A stretch of 64,000 nt of DNA from Octopus vulgaris. Its lineage: Eukaryota. The notes under the pieces were generated by a model. That model was not told the DNA's origin and did no database searches. It worked only from the letters and a program-made list of their open reading frames with translations. How positions within the stretch are numbered: the stretch's first letter is position 1; every line of letters begins with the position of its first letter. The stretch spans positions 18,600,001-18,664,000 of the forward strand of contig OX597827.1 in NCBI GenBank assembly GCA_951406725.2, written 5' to 3'. The position numbers were made by a program, and so were the translations under genes. Of this stretch, positions 40,276 through 53,809 are shown in pieces.

Positions 40276-41072
40276 TATAAGGGAAGTATAATCTATAGTA
40301 TTTGTTAGAGAAAAGTTGCAGGATTCATTGTTGTTATCAGTTCAAGTTTTGATCAAGTATTATACGGGTGAGTGTATACCAGGTTTCTAGCGGGGTTTTA
40401 GTTTGTCTATCTATAATGGAAGGGTTAATTTTTCTAGTAGTGGTGCATGTCCCCACTCCCGGGACTGAGTTTAGAGATGTGTTTTTTAAGACTAGTGTTT
40501 GCATGAATTTAATTTGCGTACTTATTCATTTAGATCACCAATGAACTAAACCCTCATATATATATATATTTATATATATGTATGTATGTGTGTATCTGTA
40601 ACTATAAAATGTGACAATTATTCGGTAGCCATGATAAAACTCCGAGTTTCGGATGCCGGCGCGGAAACCCACGACTCCTTCTCTTCCGTTATCCGGCCAT
40701 CGAAAAAATGCTATGAAAATGACCGTTAAATAAAGGGAAATTACTGTGTAATTGACCGTCATTAAGACAAAAGAGCTATCAGAATGACCGCAAAGTGAGG
40801 AGAGGGAGTAAAGGTAAGGGAGTGAAAATGTTCATGGTATTCGCGTAAGCGCGCATGTCTATACCTACACATACGCGCCCGCACACCTACGTATATATAT
40901 ACAAATAAATTAGAAAAAACCCACCTTTTATCAATTCAATAATGAAATATTAAATTATACCATTTAGAAAAATTACATGATATAAGATTAAATTGAATTT
41001 TTCCTTGTAAGTTTGGAATAATATTCGCTCATACTTTTATTATTATTATATATATATACATGCAAATATATA

Positions 41073-41102
41073 TACTCAGAGTTTCACATGACCGTTCGTC
41101 AG
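41073..41102 (-). ncRNA. Hammerhead motif, canonical core, 3' side of stem I lost
   Basis: CTGACGA-ACG gtca TGT-GAAA-CTC t GAG-TA, then (TA)n. Confidence 0.6.
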
Positions 41103-41350
41103 AAAAATGAAATTCCATTATTCTATATTATCACAACTGTCTGAGAGATGACCACGAGAAACTCTACGTAATAGTTTGCCAATTTTTTTTTTCAATTTAA
41201 TAAAATTGTATTTTTCTCTGCTTTTGGTATTCGAGTACTAATTTTCCACCTTGTTTGGCATCTATGTGCATGCTTGTGTATGTATACGTCTATATATATA
41301 TATAAACTTACTTGTAAATCAAATTATATAAATAATATATATATATGTAC

Positions 41351-41397
<47 letters not shown>

Positions 41398-41401
<4 letters not shown>

Positions 41402-41558
41402 CATAGGAGTGGCTGTGTGGTAAGTAGCTTGCTAACCAACCACATGGTTCCGGGTTCAGTCCCACTGCGTGGCATCTTGGGCAAGTGTCTTCTGCTATAG
41501 CCCCGGGCCGACCAATGCCTTGTGAGACGGAAACTGAAAGAAGCCTGTCGTATATATG

Positions 41559-41593
<35 letters not shown>

Positions 41594-41790
41594 TTGTATG
41601 TCTGTGTTTGTCCCCCTAGCATTGCTTGACAACCGATGCTGGTGTGTTTACGTCCCCGTCACTTAGCGGTTCGGCAAAAGAGACCGATAGAATAAGTACT
41701 GGGCTTACAAAGAATAAGTCCCGGGGTCGATTTGCTCGACTAAAGGCGGTGATCATGGCCGCAGTCAAATGACTGAAACAAGTAAAAGAG

Positions 41791-41791
<1 letters not shown>
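41398..41791 (+). mobile_element. SINE family A
   Basis: Full-length copy with small deletions. Confidence 0.85.
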
Positions 41792-41873
<82 letters not shown>

Positions 41874-42484
41874 ACATATGTTATTTCATTCAATTTGCTG
41901 TCAGGGCATTATATAGAAGTAGTAGTTGCAGGCTGGACAATAACATTAATGAGATGAATAATGACAAAAAACTGGTATTAATGAGGGAAAGCAGACAACG
42001 CCCACCGATCTCTGCTTCTCTAAAATCATTGTTCTTTTACAAAACGTACAATTTGGGGTAATAAACCTCTTAATAATGTTCCATTGGACACAAGGTCCTT
42101 ACAATGAGGCACTAAGCCTCTTACCAAAAATATCACAATGTCCTTACAAATGAGATACTAGGTCTCTTACATTTTCTCTTATGGGCCGTAAGTCCTTTCA
42201 GTATGAGGCACTCAGCCTCTTAATTTTTACTATTTTCCGCCCCGCCGGCACCCAACCAGGCTCAAAGCGTCACTTAGGCACCCCGATAGTGCCAATTCAG
42301 GGCGCCTTAATCTGAAGCGGAATACATCTTCTGCGAAGGCGTTTATTACTTTGATGAGATCCGTGTCTGAGATGACATCCACAGCTACCTGCGGAGGCCA
42401 TTCAGGATCTTTAATGCAGGTTATGTCTCCTCCTCTGGCAAACTTTTTAGTAAACTTTCCCACCGCTTCTCCCCTCATTTTCTC

Positions 42485-42888
42485 TTTTTCTCTTTTTACT
42501 TGTTTCAGTCATTTTGACTGCGGCCATGCTGGAGCACCGCCTTTAGTCGAGCAACTCGACCCCGGGACTTATTCTTTGTAAGCCCAGTACTTATTCTATC
42601 GGTTTCTTTTGCCGAACCGCTAAGTGACGGGGACGTCAACACACCAGAACGGTTGTCAAGCAATGCTAGAGGGACAAACGCAGACACACAAACATACACG
42701 CACATACATAAATATACATATATACGACGGGCTTCTTTCAGTTTCCGTCTACCAAATCCACTCACAAGGCTTTGGTCGACCCGAAGCTATAGTAGAAGAT
42801 ACTTGCCCAAGGTGCCACGCAGTGGGACTGAACCCGGAACCATGTGGTTGGTAAACAAGCTACTTACCACACAGCCACTCCTGCGCCT
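42485..42888 (-). mobile_element. SINE family A
   Basis: Full-length copy. Confidence 0.85.
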
Positions 42889-43616
42889 GTGGAAGAAGAC
42901 CAAAAATTATTCCTCCACATGGGTCGAGGCCATAACTTCCACTGTCGGTAGTACAAATTCCCACCGACGGGACTTCGGGACATACCGGCAGTGTATTAAC
43001 CGCCGGCACTGCCCGTTTTCCTTCTTTTTTCTCCCCTTTGCTACCCCTTTGTATATATGTGCATATATACATGTGTATGTATATGTACATACATACACAT
43101 GTACATATGCATAAATGGGTACAGGACGTCACAAACCGTAAACAACATGAATTACGAAAACAAAAGAGTTGAATACATAAACAAAGAGAGAAACAAATGG
43201 AAAACAGGACAAGTAACATAAAGAACGACCCTTCTTCCGTTGTCGACTGTCCATCTACTCCTCATTTCGAGCATTGAACAACAAGATGAGTCTTCGAAGG
43301 CAGTTGCTCCCGAAAACCAAAATAAAATTTGGGATTTGCGGAATGTCAAACTTGGTAACAAAAACGGGAAAGTAGAGACATACAAGGAACCGAACGAAAA
43401 CAAACATGGAAGGTCGTTAGACCAGAAGAACGTAAAATATCGAACGGTGGAGAAATATTCTCTTTGACAAGAGAAAAGATAGAAGAGAGAGAGAGACAGA
43501 TGGGATACGTGCAGTCTCTACGAAAGCCGTGAAGGAAATATATATATATATATATATATATAGAAAACATTGCACACGGCTTTCTATATCCATCTCTCTC
43601 TCTCTCTCTCTCTCTC

Positions 43617-43649
<33 letters not shown>

Positions 43650-43654
<5 letters not shown>

Positions 43655-43914
43655 TTATCGTAGAAGAAAAAATTCAAATCGGACCATGTTAACACCAAAA
43701 AAATTATTTACTTCAAAAAGGTGCTTTTTTTCTATGAAAATCCCTATATTTTACGATTTTTTACTGCTGTGTCGCCATTTTTCGGTGTATTTCAACCAGA
43801 AAAATGTTCACTTAAAGAGAATAGCAAGCTACATAATGCAAAATTCTTACTTTTTCAAAAATTCCAATTCTGAGGGTCGAAAGAAACCCGAGCACTGCCG
43901 GGCGATACTGCTAG
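43650..43914 (+). mobile_element. Non-autonomous Helitron 3' portion
   Basis: Ends cccgagcactgccgggcgatactgCTAG|t, the same terminus as the 13130 element. The 5' boundary is approximate. Confidence 0.65.
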
Positions 43915-43950
<36 letters not shown>

Positions 43951-46051
43951 TGTATGTATACGTATTTGTTTGCATATGGGCGCCCGTGGCTTGTGTGTGT
44001 GGATGTGTGTGGATGTGTGTGTGCGTGAGCTTCTGTGTATGAGTAAAGTTTTTTTCCATGCAAACGCATTGATACACATCACACACATAACACATACATA
44101 ACACACACACATACACATACACATACCTGCAGACATAAGCATACAATGATACGCAGAAGCGATGACGAAGTTATGGCAGAACTGGAAACGTGAATGAGTA
44201 CAAATAATGAGTGGTTCACAGAGGTATCTATAACGGGCAGTAAGTGTTGTTATGCAAGGTGGAGGGGGAGAGGAGGATAATATTGGTGGTGGTGGTCGTA
44301 GTCGTATTTGTCATCGTCGTCGTCGTCGTGACGGCAGAAGTAGGGGCTGTCTTGACGGTGACGGTGGGTTAGGCGGTAAGGATTGTCAACGATTGTAGAA
44401 ATGGTGAGTTACTTACTGGTGACGGTGGCGGTGGTGGTGGTCGTGGTGGTGGTGGTGGTGATGGTGGCTGCGGCTGTGGTGGTGGTGGTGGTGGTGGTGG
44501 CAGTGGTGGTAGATGTGGTAGAGGAATGGGGAATGGGTGGTAGTCATGGTGGTGAAAGTGTTTTCGTTTCTCAAGTAGTTTTTGTGATAGTATGGTGATG
44601 GTTGCAGCGTTGGTGGTTGTGGTGGTGGTGGTAGTGGTGGTAGTGGTGGTGCTGGTGCTGAGGGTGCTGGTTATAGTGGTGGTAGTGGTGGTTGTGGTGG
44701 TGGTGGTGGTTGTGGTGGTGGTTGTAGTGGTAGTGGTGGTTGTGGTGGTGGTGGTTGTAACGGTGGTGGTAGTGGTGGTTGTGGTGGTGGTGGTGGTGGT
44801 TGTGTTGGTGATGGTTGTGGTAGTGGTGGTTGCGGTAGTGGTGGTTGTGGTGGTGCGGGAGATAGTGAGGGCAGTGGTGAGTGCGGTAGTGGGGGCGGTG
44901 ATAATAGTGAAGATGTTGTTGTTGTCGATGGTGGTGGTGGTGGTGATGGTCGTCGTCGTCGTCGTGATGGCAATGGCCGCCGCCGCCGTCGCGAGCACAC
45001 ACCAGTCCAAGTCTTGCTCAACGGAGACAGTCATACCCATAAGAGAAACTAGTCTTTACACAGACACACCTCAATAGTCAGCCGACATCTTCAAAGGGTT
45101 GCTATTCAATGACTGGTGTATACAATGAGGTTTAAGGTGGTGGTGGTGGGGCGTAGCGGGTTAGTTAGTTGGATGTTGGGGGCGGGTGGTGGGGGTGGGG
45201 GTGGTGGAAACAAGATCTTAGTGTGGTGAGGTGGTTGTTATTGTAGTGTTGCTTTGTTGGTTGTGGTTTTGTTGGCCCTGGACTTAGGGGGGGTGGGCGT
45301 CTGTGGTTGTTGTTATGATGGTCATTGTTCTTGTTATTGTTCTTGTTGTTGTTGTAGTGGTGGTGGTGGTGGTGGTGATTTTTGTTTATGGCGGTTTGAT
45401 TGTTGTTTTTGTTGCTGCTGTCGTTTTTGTTTTTGTTTCTTTTTTTTTTGTTTTGAGTGGGTAGCAGACTTATAGGCGCAAGCATGTCTGTTGTGGTTAA
45501 GAAAGTTCGCTTTCCAGCCACCAAGGTTTCGAGTTCAGATCCACTACGCGGTACCTCTACTATAGTCCCGGACAGACCCAATGCCTTCTAAGTGAATTTA
45601 GTAGACGGAGACTCTGTGGAAGCCCATAATATGTGTGTGTGTGTGTGAGGCGTGTGTGTGTGAGGCGTGTGGGGGGTTGTTTGTGTCTTTGTGTTTGTCC
45701 ACACCACCGTTTGACAACCAGTATTGGTTTGTTAACGTTCCCGTGACTTCGCAGTTCGACAAACGTGTCTGAAAGAGTAAGTACCAAACTAAAGAATTAG
45801 TACCGAGGTTAATTTGTTTGACTAAAACCTTTCAATGTGGTGACCCAGAATGGCCACCGTCCACTGACTGAAACAAGTAAAAGATAAACCCAAAACAGTT
45901 CCGTTGTGAGCATCATGCCATTTTCCCACGTGACCTATCCATTCGCCAACGATGGAAAAACAACGTTTTATGATCTCTGACTTTTTGTCAGGGCCACGAA
46001 GAATGGTGGAAAGAAGTAAAGGAATTATTCTCAGTAAAGGATTTATTCTCA

Positions 46052-46468
46052 TAGGCGCAGGAGTGGCTGTGTGGTAAGTAGCTCGCTTACCAACCACATG
46101 GTTCCGGGTTCAGTCCCACTGCGTGGCATCTTGGGCAAGTGTCTTCTGCTATAGCCTCGGGCCGACCAATGCCTTGTGAGTGGATTTGGTAGACGGAAAC
46201 TGAAAGGAGCCTGTCGTATATATGTATATATATGTATATGTGTGTGTGTATGTTTGTGTGTCTGTGTTTGTCCCCCTAGCATTGCTTGACAACCGATGCT
46301 GGTGTGTTTATGTCCCCGTCACTTAGCGGTTCGGCAAAAGAGACCGATAGAATAAGTACTGGGCTTACAAAGAATAAGTCCCGGGGTCAAGTTGCTCGAC
46401 TAAGGGCGGTGCTGCAGCATGGCCGCAGTCAAATGACTGAAACAAGTAAAAGAGAGTAAAAGAGAGAG
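46052..46468 (+). mobile_element. SINE family A
   Basis: Full-length copy. Confidence 0.9.
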
Positions 46469-46814
46469 ACCAAAAATCCTGTCCGAAAGCTTGCAACAGA
46501 GTGGAGCTCTAGGAGACAACACACCGCTGGGAAACGAACTCACGTATTCACAATCGTCAGCCAAATATCCCTATCCTTTTAGCTGCGCGTCTTTACCAAG
46601 GGTTGAATGAAAACAAGAACCTATATACGTTGCCGTTTCATTGTCTTCTGCTACCATCGCCCATTGGTTAAGTTTGCAGTCACTAGAATGACTAAAGCAA
46701 AGTGTGGTGTATTTCGTACGGGTCCTCAAAACATACTGGAATTTGGCAAGAGTAGAGACAATGTTCCGGACCGAAGTCTCTAACACTCCGCAAATTAATG
46801 CCAAGAATAAATTC

Positions 46815-47160
46815 TATTGGGTTGTCCGGAAAGTTCGTGCCGATTTATAGAAGCTTACTTTTCGACTTATTTTAGAACATGGCTGAGTGCATAAAAGTTG
46901 ACTACACCTCCATTTAGAGCACAGTTTAAGCCATCTTTTCGTGGAAGAAGATTTATGTTCCTATAACCTGTATTAATTCTGTAACCCTTTAAAATGGAAG
47001 ATAAGAAAGTTCGTTTTCGGCACTTGATATTTTGGGAACCAGACAAAAATTGCTGCAGCTCGGCTGGGATGTGTTACCCACCCTCCATATTCACTAGATA
47101 TTGCTCCTTTAGATTTCCACTTATTCAGGCCTCTGCAGAATAGTCTTAATGATAAAAAAC
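46815..47160 (+). mobile_element. mariner remnant
   Basis: TIR-like ta|ttgggttgtccggaaagttcgtgccg; HPPYSLDIAPLDFHLFRPLQNSL. Confidence 0.7.
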
Positions 47161-47344
47161 AGAGATGTAGAGAGAACACTGTATTAGGAGAAGGTCAAGC
47201 GGTGGGAGAAATACGGGTGGAGTAATAAGGAAGCCATATATATATATATTTATAATATTTATACATAATATATATGTATAGATAGATACATACATACATA
47301 CATAGCCACAGTCAAAGGCTGAAACAAGTAAAAGGATAAAAGAA

Positions 47345-47478
<134 letters not shown>

Positions 47479-47515
47479 AAATGAAATAAATGAAAAACAG
47501 GACGCAAAGGATTTT

Positions 47516-47608
47516 GCGGTACATATGTTTCGGCTTTATTGAACAACTTATTCATATATGAATGCATAATTGATATAACAGATAGATCAAAAGCCTTCTT
47601 TCTGCACC
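47516..47608 (-). ncRNA. Degenerate hammerhead motif with extended stem II
   Basis: CaGAAaGA-A-GGCTTT...AAAGCC-GAAA-CATATG-TA. Core and stem I are damaged. Confidence 0.4.
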
Positions 47609-48047
47609 AAAGACTTGTATCACATTATAAAAGGTTTGAGAAAAAACCGAGTTTCACTGGGAAAGTATGTTTCTAAACATAATATGAAAGTATGTTCTGT
47701 ACTATTATGTTTGACCTTGATGTTCATATGTAGTGGGTTAATAAATTATGTGATTGGGTATTATCTGGTAGTTGATTATTGATTAAGGTGTATTTCTCCA
47801 TTTTCGTGTTTTGTATTATTAATTTGTGGTAAAACATTTTACCTTTGCCCATATAATATAATAAATGAATTAATTGCATCGCAATTCTTAACATTTATAT
47901 ATTAACCTTGTTGGGTGCTTTACTGGCAGTATATTGGATATATGTTATCCCATGGTGGGTTGCACTAACAACCCCCATCTCAATTTATATATATATATAA
48001 ATATATATATATATGTCCATAAACACGCACACACACACACACACACA

Positions 48048-48098
<51 letters not shown>

Positions 48099-48177
48099 CA
48101 TACATATATACATATCTATCTATCTATATATTTATATATATACATAGATATGCATATATATATATATATATATATAT

Positions 48178-48569
48178 AGGCAAAATTGTCGGATTAAGAC
48201 AGTAGGGTATTTTGAGGGAGATTTGGCTGCGATTTCTACCAGGTCTAGCTACCATGTGGAGATCTGCCTCAATGATATTATATATTCCTTATGTTTTCCA
48301 AAACCGAATTACAGATTTTGACGTATGGGTTATCAAAAGATTCAGTAGTATTTTGACTACAAATTAAACTTAATTTTCATTCACATATTTGTATTTCAAA
48401 AGTTTAACATATTTTTTTCCATAAATCAAGTATTGTAAAATTTTATACTATTACCTCACATATTCTATGTGTGTGTACCTTAAAAGACGTCAATCATCTC
48501 GACACACCTTCACTCACTCATTCTATCTCTTTTTCCCACCCTCTTTCTCTCTCACATACACACGCGCAT

Positions 48570-48628
<59 letters not shown>

Positions 48629-48771
48629 CATTTCATATAGACGTACATACATCTTTCATTTTCTTTCTCTGTTCTTTTCGCTTTATCTTCTTTCAATTTC
48701 TGCACTCTTGAAATGAAATTTTTACGGATGCAACGGCTTACAAAAATAGGGATATATATATATATACAGCC

Positions 48772-48828
<57 letters not shown>

Positions 48829-49497
48829 TGCATATATATACAGCCGTATATATATATAGAGACGCTTATACGTATATATATTCTAGAAGATCCACAAGAG
48901 GTTGAGAAGGAGCTGGTAGTGCTGGCAATGTTTCATGACCGTCTGAGCAGCACATACCATTTGGTTCATTTGAAAATTTTAAAGCTCTACAGAAAAGACA
49001 ATTTGTGGTTAGCACACCAATTTGGACAGAGTTATTATTTCTATAAGAATGGGGTGGATCATATCTGAAAACAGCTTCAGGAGTTGTGAGGAACGAATTT
49101 GAACGTAGTCTGTTCCTGAGAGCTATTCTATAGGACCTTTGTCTAATCATTAAAGCATTGATTTAATGATCTAGCATTAAGTGCTGCAACATGCATTTGC
49201 TGATGTTGAGAAAATCTCATCTAGCTTCTCTCTTCAAACTCTCGCCTTTTGTTTCCTACAATCCTCTTTGCTTTATACTTGTTTCTGGAGAGATTACATC
49301 TTTTCTTTCATGGCATATGTTTCCCAATATTGTAAACAAAAAATTATGAACATAGAGAGAAATTATACGTTAATCCCTATCTTTGTAAGCCGTAGCATCC
49401 GTAAAAATTTTATTTCAAGAGCGCAGAAATTGAAAGAAGATAAAGCGAAAAGAACAGAGAATGAAAGTGATAGATGTATGTACGTCTATATGAAATG

Positions 49498-49554
<57 letters not shown>

Positions 49555-49946
49555 ATGTGCGTGTGTATGTGAGAGAGAAAGAGAGTGGGAAAAAGAGATA
49601 GAATGAGTGAGTGAAGGTGTGTCGAGATGATTGACGTCTTTTAAGGTACACACACATAGAAAATGTGAGGTAATGGTATAACATTTTTACGATAGTTGAT
49701 TTATGGAAAAAATATGTCAAACTTTTGAAATACAAATATGTGAATGAAAATTAAGTTTAATTTGTAGCCAAAATAGTACTGAATCTTTTGATTACCCATA
49801 CGTCAAAATCTGTAACTCGGTTTTGGAAAACATAAGGAATATATAATATCATTGAGGCAGATCTCTACATGGTAGCTAGACCTGGTAGAAATCGCAGCCA
49901 AATCTCCCTCAAAATACCCTACTGTCTTAATCCGACAATTCTGCCT
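48178..49946. repeat. About 575-bp-arm inverted repeat (48178-48753 / 49373-49946)
   Basis: Arms are reverse complements with scattered substitutions. Confidence 0.9.
48880..49150 (-). mobile_element. Helitron RepHel N-terminal Cys-rich fragment
   Basis: FRYDP...VQIGVLTTNCLFCRALKFSNEPNGMCCSDGHETLPALPAPSQPLVDLL matches the IGxMxxxCxxCxALKFxxExxGMCCxxGKVxLP pattern. Confidence 0.75.
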
Positions 49947-50139
49947 GTTATGTAGTTTGAATGAGAAACTGTAACTAAAGATTAACACTATCAACCCCAC
50001 AAAGAGAGGAAAGAAGAGAGACAGCATAGCGACGGTTCTGGTTGACTGTCATCCTGTACTCCCCTTGTTGCTAGCGAAATGGTATATGCCGGCTGTGTGA
50101 GCAACTGGTTATTTTAATGGTGGAACAAGCAGGACATTA

Positions 50140-50329
50140 AAGATTACAAAAATAGGGATTCTCACTTTGAAACTAAGGATTTTTGAAAATATTTTTAGAT
50201 TAAGGAATTCCCAGCTCTCTCATGTATCTATGTTTCAATTTTCACCTCGATCGGATGAGGAATACTCGAATTATAAGCGCACAAACACACAGTCAGACAG
50301 AAAGACGGAACGGATTTTATATATTAAGA
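50140..50329 (-). mobile_element. Helitron 5' end
   Basis: a|TCttaatatataaaatccg start. Contains atccctatttttgtaa, also found at the inner ends of the 48178-49946 arms. Confidence 0.55.
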
Positions 50330-50332
50330 TAC

Positions 50333-50778
50333 ACGAGTACTGATCAATAAGTATCTGGACTGTTGCCTTAGTAACGAAGCTAATGCACGCAAAGTGAGGC
50401 TGAAGATTTGGGTATGAGACGTGTGTCCAGCAAGTTTGTGCCAAAACTGCTTTTAGCTGACCAAAAAGACACGCGGGTTTCAGTCGTACAAGATCTCCTT
50501 GATTGTATCAAGAACGATGAAATCTTTTTGAAAACTTTGACTAAGCTTCTGAGCAGGGTTACCAAGCTTTTGGCAAAATTTGATGCAGATTCTCTGCTCA
50601 ACTTTGTCTGTCATGGTCAATGCGACGATCACACACTACACACGTTCCTTCCAAGCACTGCTGTAAACAGTGGAAGTGATCTAGAACGTTAAAAACTTAG
50701 TACGGATGCACAGCAGCTTTACTCTCCGTGTTTTACCTTCGTTATAACAACAGTCCGGATACTTATTGATCACTACAT
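50333..50778 (+). mobile_element. Internally deleted mariner
   Basis: TIR tgatcaataagtatctggactgttg / caacagtccggatacttattgatca; LGMRRVSSKFVPKLL...FL. Confidence 0.8.
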
Positions 50779-50911
50779 ATATACCTGAACCTACATAAAC
50801 ACGCAAACACTTATACATGCATGTATACATGTATGTATACATATATGGCTGTGTATTTATATACATATCCCTCTCTCTCCCTCTCTCTATGTGCGTGCAT
50901 ACATACATATA

Positions 50912-51420
50912 TCGGAAATCCTCGAGTATAATCCACACTTTTTTCCAAAATTTAAAGGTCAAAATCCCTAGTGTGTACTATATACGAGGTTAAAAATGAA
51001 AAATATTTTCTAAGCAATGCCCGAGTCTCTATTTGCTGTCCGGCAATGTTTATTCAGACGCATTTTGTGATGTCGGGTGCGAAAATACCTGAAGCTAAGC
51101 CTGAAAGCAATGAAGAAGCATCTATAACTTGCAGAAGGCAACATTTATTAAAATAAAAGTATTCAGAACACAGAATAACATGTAACAAAAACAATTTGCA
51201 AACATATTTACATTCCCATATAATAGTTAAGAACATCACCATTATTGTATTACGCATGCGCGGAAGTGTATGTTCGACTAGGTGCTGCTGGCTTAATTAC
51301 GCACGACTCAAGTTAGAGAAGGGGTGCGTATTATACACAAGGCTTAGGTTTTTCAGAGGTACAGCCTCCTAAAAATCCCCTATGTATACTCAAGGGCGGA
51401 CTATACTCGAGGATTTACGG
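50912..51420. mobile_element. pogo/Tigger-like MITE
   Basis: TIR tcggaaatcctcgagtataatcc / ggactatactcgaggatttacgg. Confidence 0.7.
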
Positions 51421-51869
51421 AATTTATATGTACACATACACATACACATACATACAAGCATGCATATTATCTATTAGCATACATATGTGTATGTGTGTGT
51501 GTGTGTGTATGTACATATCTATATAAATTTGTATTATGTAAAAAAAAAAGAAAGAAAAAACACGGCAACGTTGTAGGCTTGAATCTTTTTTCTTTTTTTT
51601 TTTCTTTTCATCATTTCTCTGTTTTGTTATTGCATATTAAGTTATACTTCTGTCATGGTTTATCAGTGATTTATAAGTTCTTTTAATATTACGATGTGTT
51701 TGCTCCACGATCCATTCTTGCTATCGATTTAACCAAACCTTCTTTACTTCCTTGAACTGTTTTCTTATCTCCACAAGATTAAAAGCAAACAAATAAATAA
51801 AAATTATAATATATATGTATACATAGATACATACATATATATATATATATATACGCACACACACATATC

Positions 51870-51948
<79 letters not shown>

Positions 51949-52406
51949 GCATATGTGTCTGTGTTTGCACAAACGAATGGTGATACTGTTTTTAGTTTTC
52001 GGATTGAAACATTAACATTGGAACATTAAATTATTCTAAACTAACCATATATCACTCGAAGCATCTTTCCTGGTTATGTCTTATTTGGTTTTGAGGTCTG
52101 ATTATTTTCTTTCTTTTTTTGCTTTTTTTTATTTCTTGACAAACATATCTAGATGTGTGTGTGTGTGTGTGTATTATATTTTTGTAAGATAGTAATAACT
52201 TGAGGACGGTGGATGGGTTGCAGGTTGCATGAACTTTGAAAACCTCTCCGTTTCACTCTAGGATTAAAGAGATTTGAAACTGTTGAGGTTTGGCGTATAT
52301 ATATATATATATATTATATTTGTGTGTGTGTGTATGTATGTATATATATATGTGTGTGTGTGTGTATTTATATGTATATATTTATATATATATATATACA
52401 GACATA

Positions 52407-52506
<100 letters not shown>

Positions 52507-52974
52507 TATTTATATATATATGTATACATAGGCGTAGGAGTGGCTTTGTGGTAAGTAGCTTGCTTACCAACCACATGGTTCCGGGTTCAGTTCCACTTCG
52601 TGGCGCCTTTGGCAAGTGTCTTCTACTGTAGCCTCGGGCCGACCAAACTCTTGTGAGTGGATTTAGTAGACGGAAACTGAAAGAAGCCTGTTGTATATAT
52701 ATATATATATATATACAGAGAGAGAGAGAGGGGGGAGAGACAGACAGATACAGAGAAAGAGAAAGAGAACGAGAGGGTCAGCTTTCTTTCTGCAGTAGAG
52801 TTGATATTTTCAACTACCATGTATCGTTCTGAGGATCACTCTGATAGTTCCCCTATCAGCACCCTTCCATATACTGGTATACACTCACATACATATGTAT
52901 TCATTTATATGTATTCGTATGCATGTGTATATATATATGTGCATATATATATATATATACACATATATATATAA

Positions 52975-53790
52975 GTAAATAAATGGAGTTGAACGCAGAT
53001 GTTATTAAAATTATTTTACTTTCGACATATGTTTCGAAGACAACATTGGTTTTATTCCAAAGGAATAAAGGGTGTAAAATGCAATCTTGTCATCAGGAAA
53101 GAAAGAGAGCCTATCTCAACAACAAGACATTATAACAATTACGATGACTGCATAAATGATAAACAGTACGTTATTACGTATTTAAAAAAACCGTTAGTAG
53201 ATTCGACGTCAAAGGCAGATACTAGAAAGAGAAGGGTTAAAGAAATGATAAGTAGAGAACAAATAAAGAAGGATACGTTGGTTGAAAAAATGTTCAAAGT
53301 CTTGGAAGCAGATTTCTTTATTGAAGTAAAGTGCAAGTTAAAATAACTGTTCAAACTTATATGAGCTAAAGGTATGTTTCTGCCAGTTCTTACATTTGTG
53401 AGATCGCTCTATAAGTGTATTAACAAGGTGATTCTTAGAGAAGAGAATATGGAAGTGCTCAGAGTTGCGAATGTTACAAAATCCCTTGCCCTTATCGTAC
53501 GGAAAAGATATGGACAGGATGAACCAAACTAACTTAAAATCTTTATTGTTGTCTTTAAGATGCGAAACCAATTTACTTAGCCCTGTGCTATGACGTTTAC
53601 TGCTATCCCTAAATTATGAATAATGATTTGAAATTCTCTTAGATAACTGGGAAGAGGATGCGCCTATGTAGAAGTAGACATCGGTACCGGCAGAAATTTT
53701 ACACTGGTATATAGAATTCTTGATCTTAGAATTATTAGGCATAAATTAAATTCTGTTGGGGTTGTCCTCAGAGACAAAAACCATGTTTTT
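52975..53790 (-). mobile_element. PLE 3' end: GIY-YIG remnant plus 3' UTR with hammerhead
   Basis: KNSIYQCKISAGTDVYFYIGASSSQLSKRISNHYS*FRD..STGLSKLVSHLKD..KLVWFIL..PY....CN..E...VN...C, followed by an AT-rich UTR. Confidence 0.8.
53020..53100 (-). ncRNA. Type-I hammerhead ribozyme, canonical core, GUC site, extended stem II
   Basis: TTTC-CTGATGA-cAAGATTGCATT...tttattcc ttt ggaataaa...AATGTTGTCTTc-GAAA-CATATG-TC-GAAA. Confidence 0.75.
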
Positions 53791-53809
53791 ATTGCTATTA
53801 TTATTATTC

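Noticed and set aside
40636-40705. Minus-strand GGAT...ATCC-GAAA-CTCgGAG-TT hammerhead-like half
   Set aside because: The core reads TCGATGG and stem I is absent; too degenerate to call.
52999-53346. 115-aa plus-strand ORF
   Set aside because: Antisense to the AT-rich PLE 3' UTR, with no recognisable motif.
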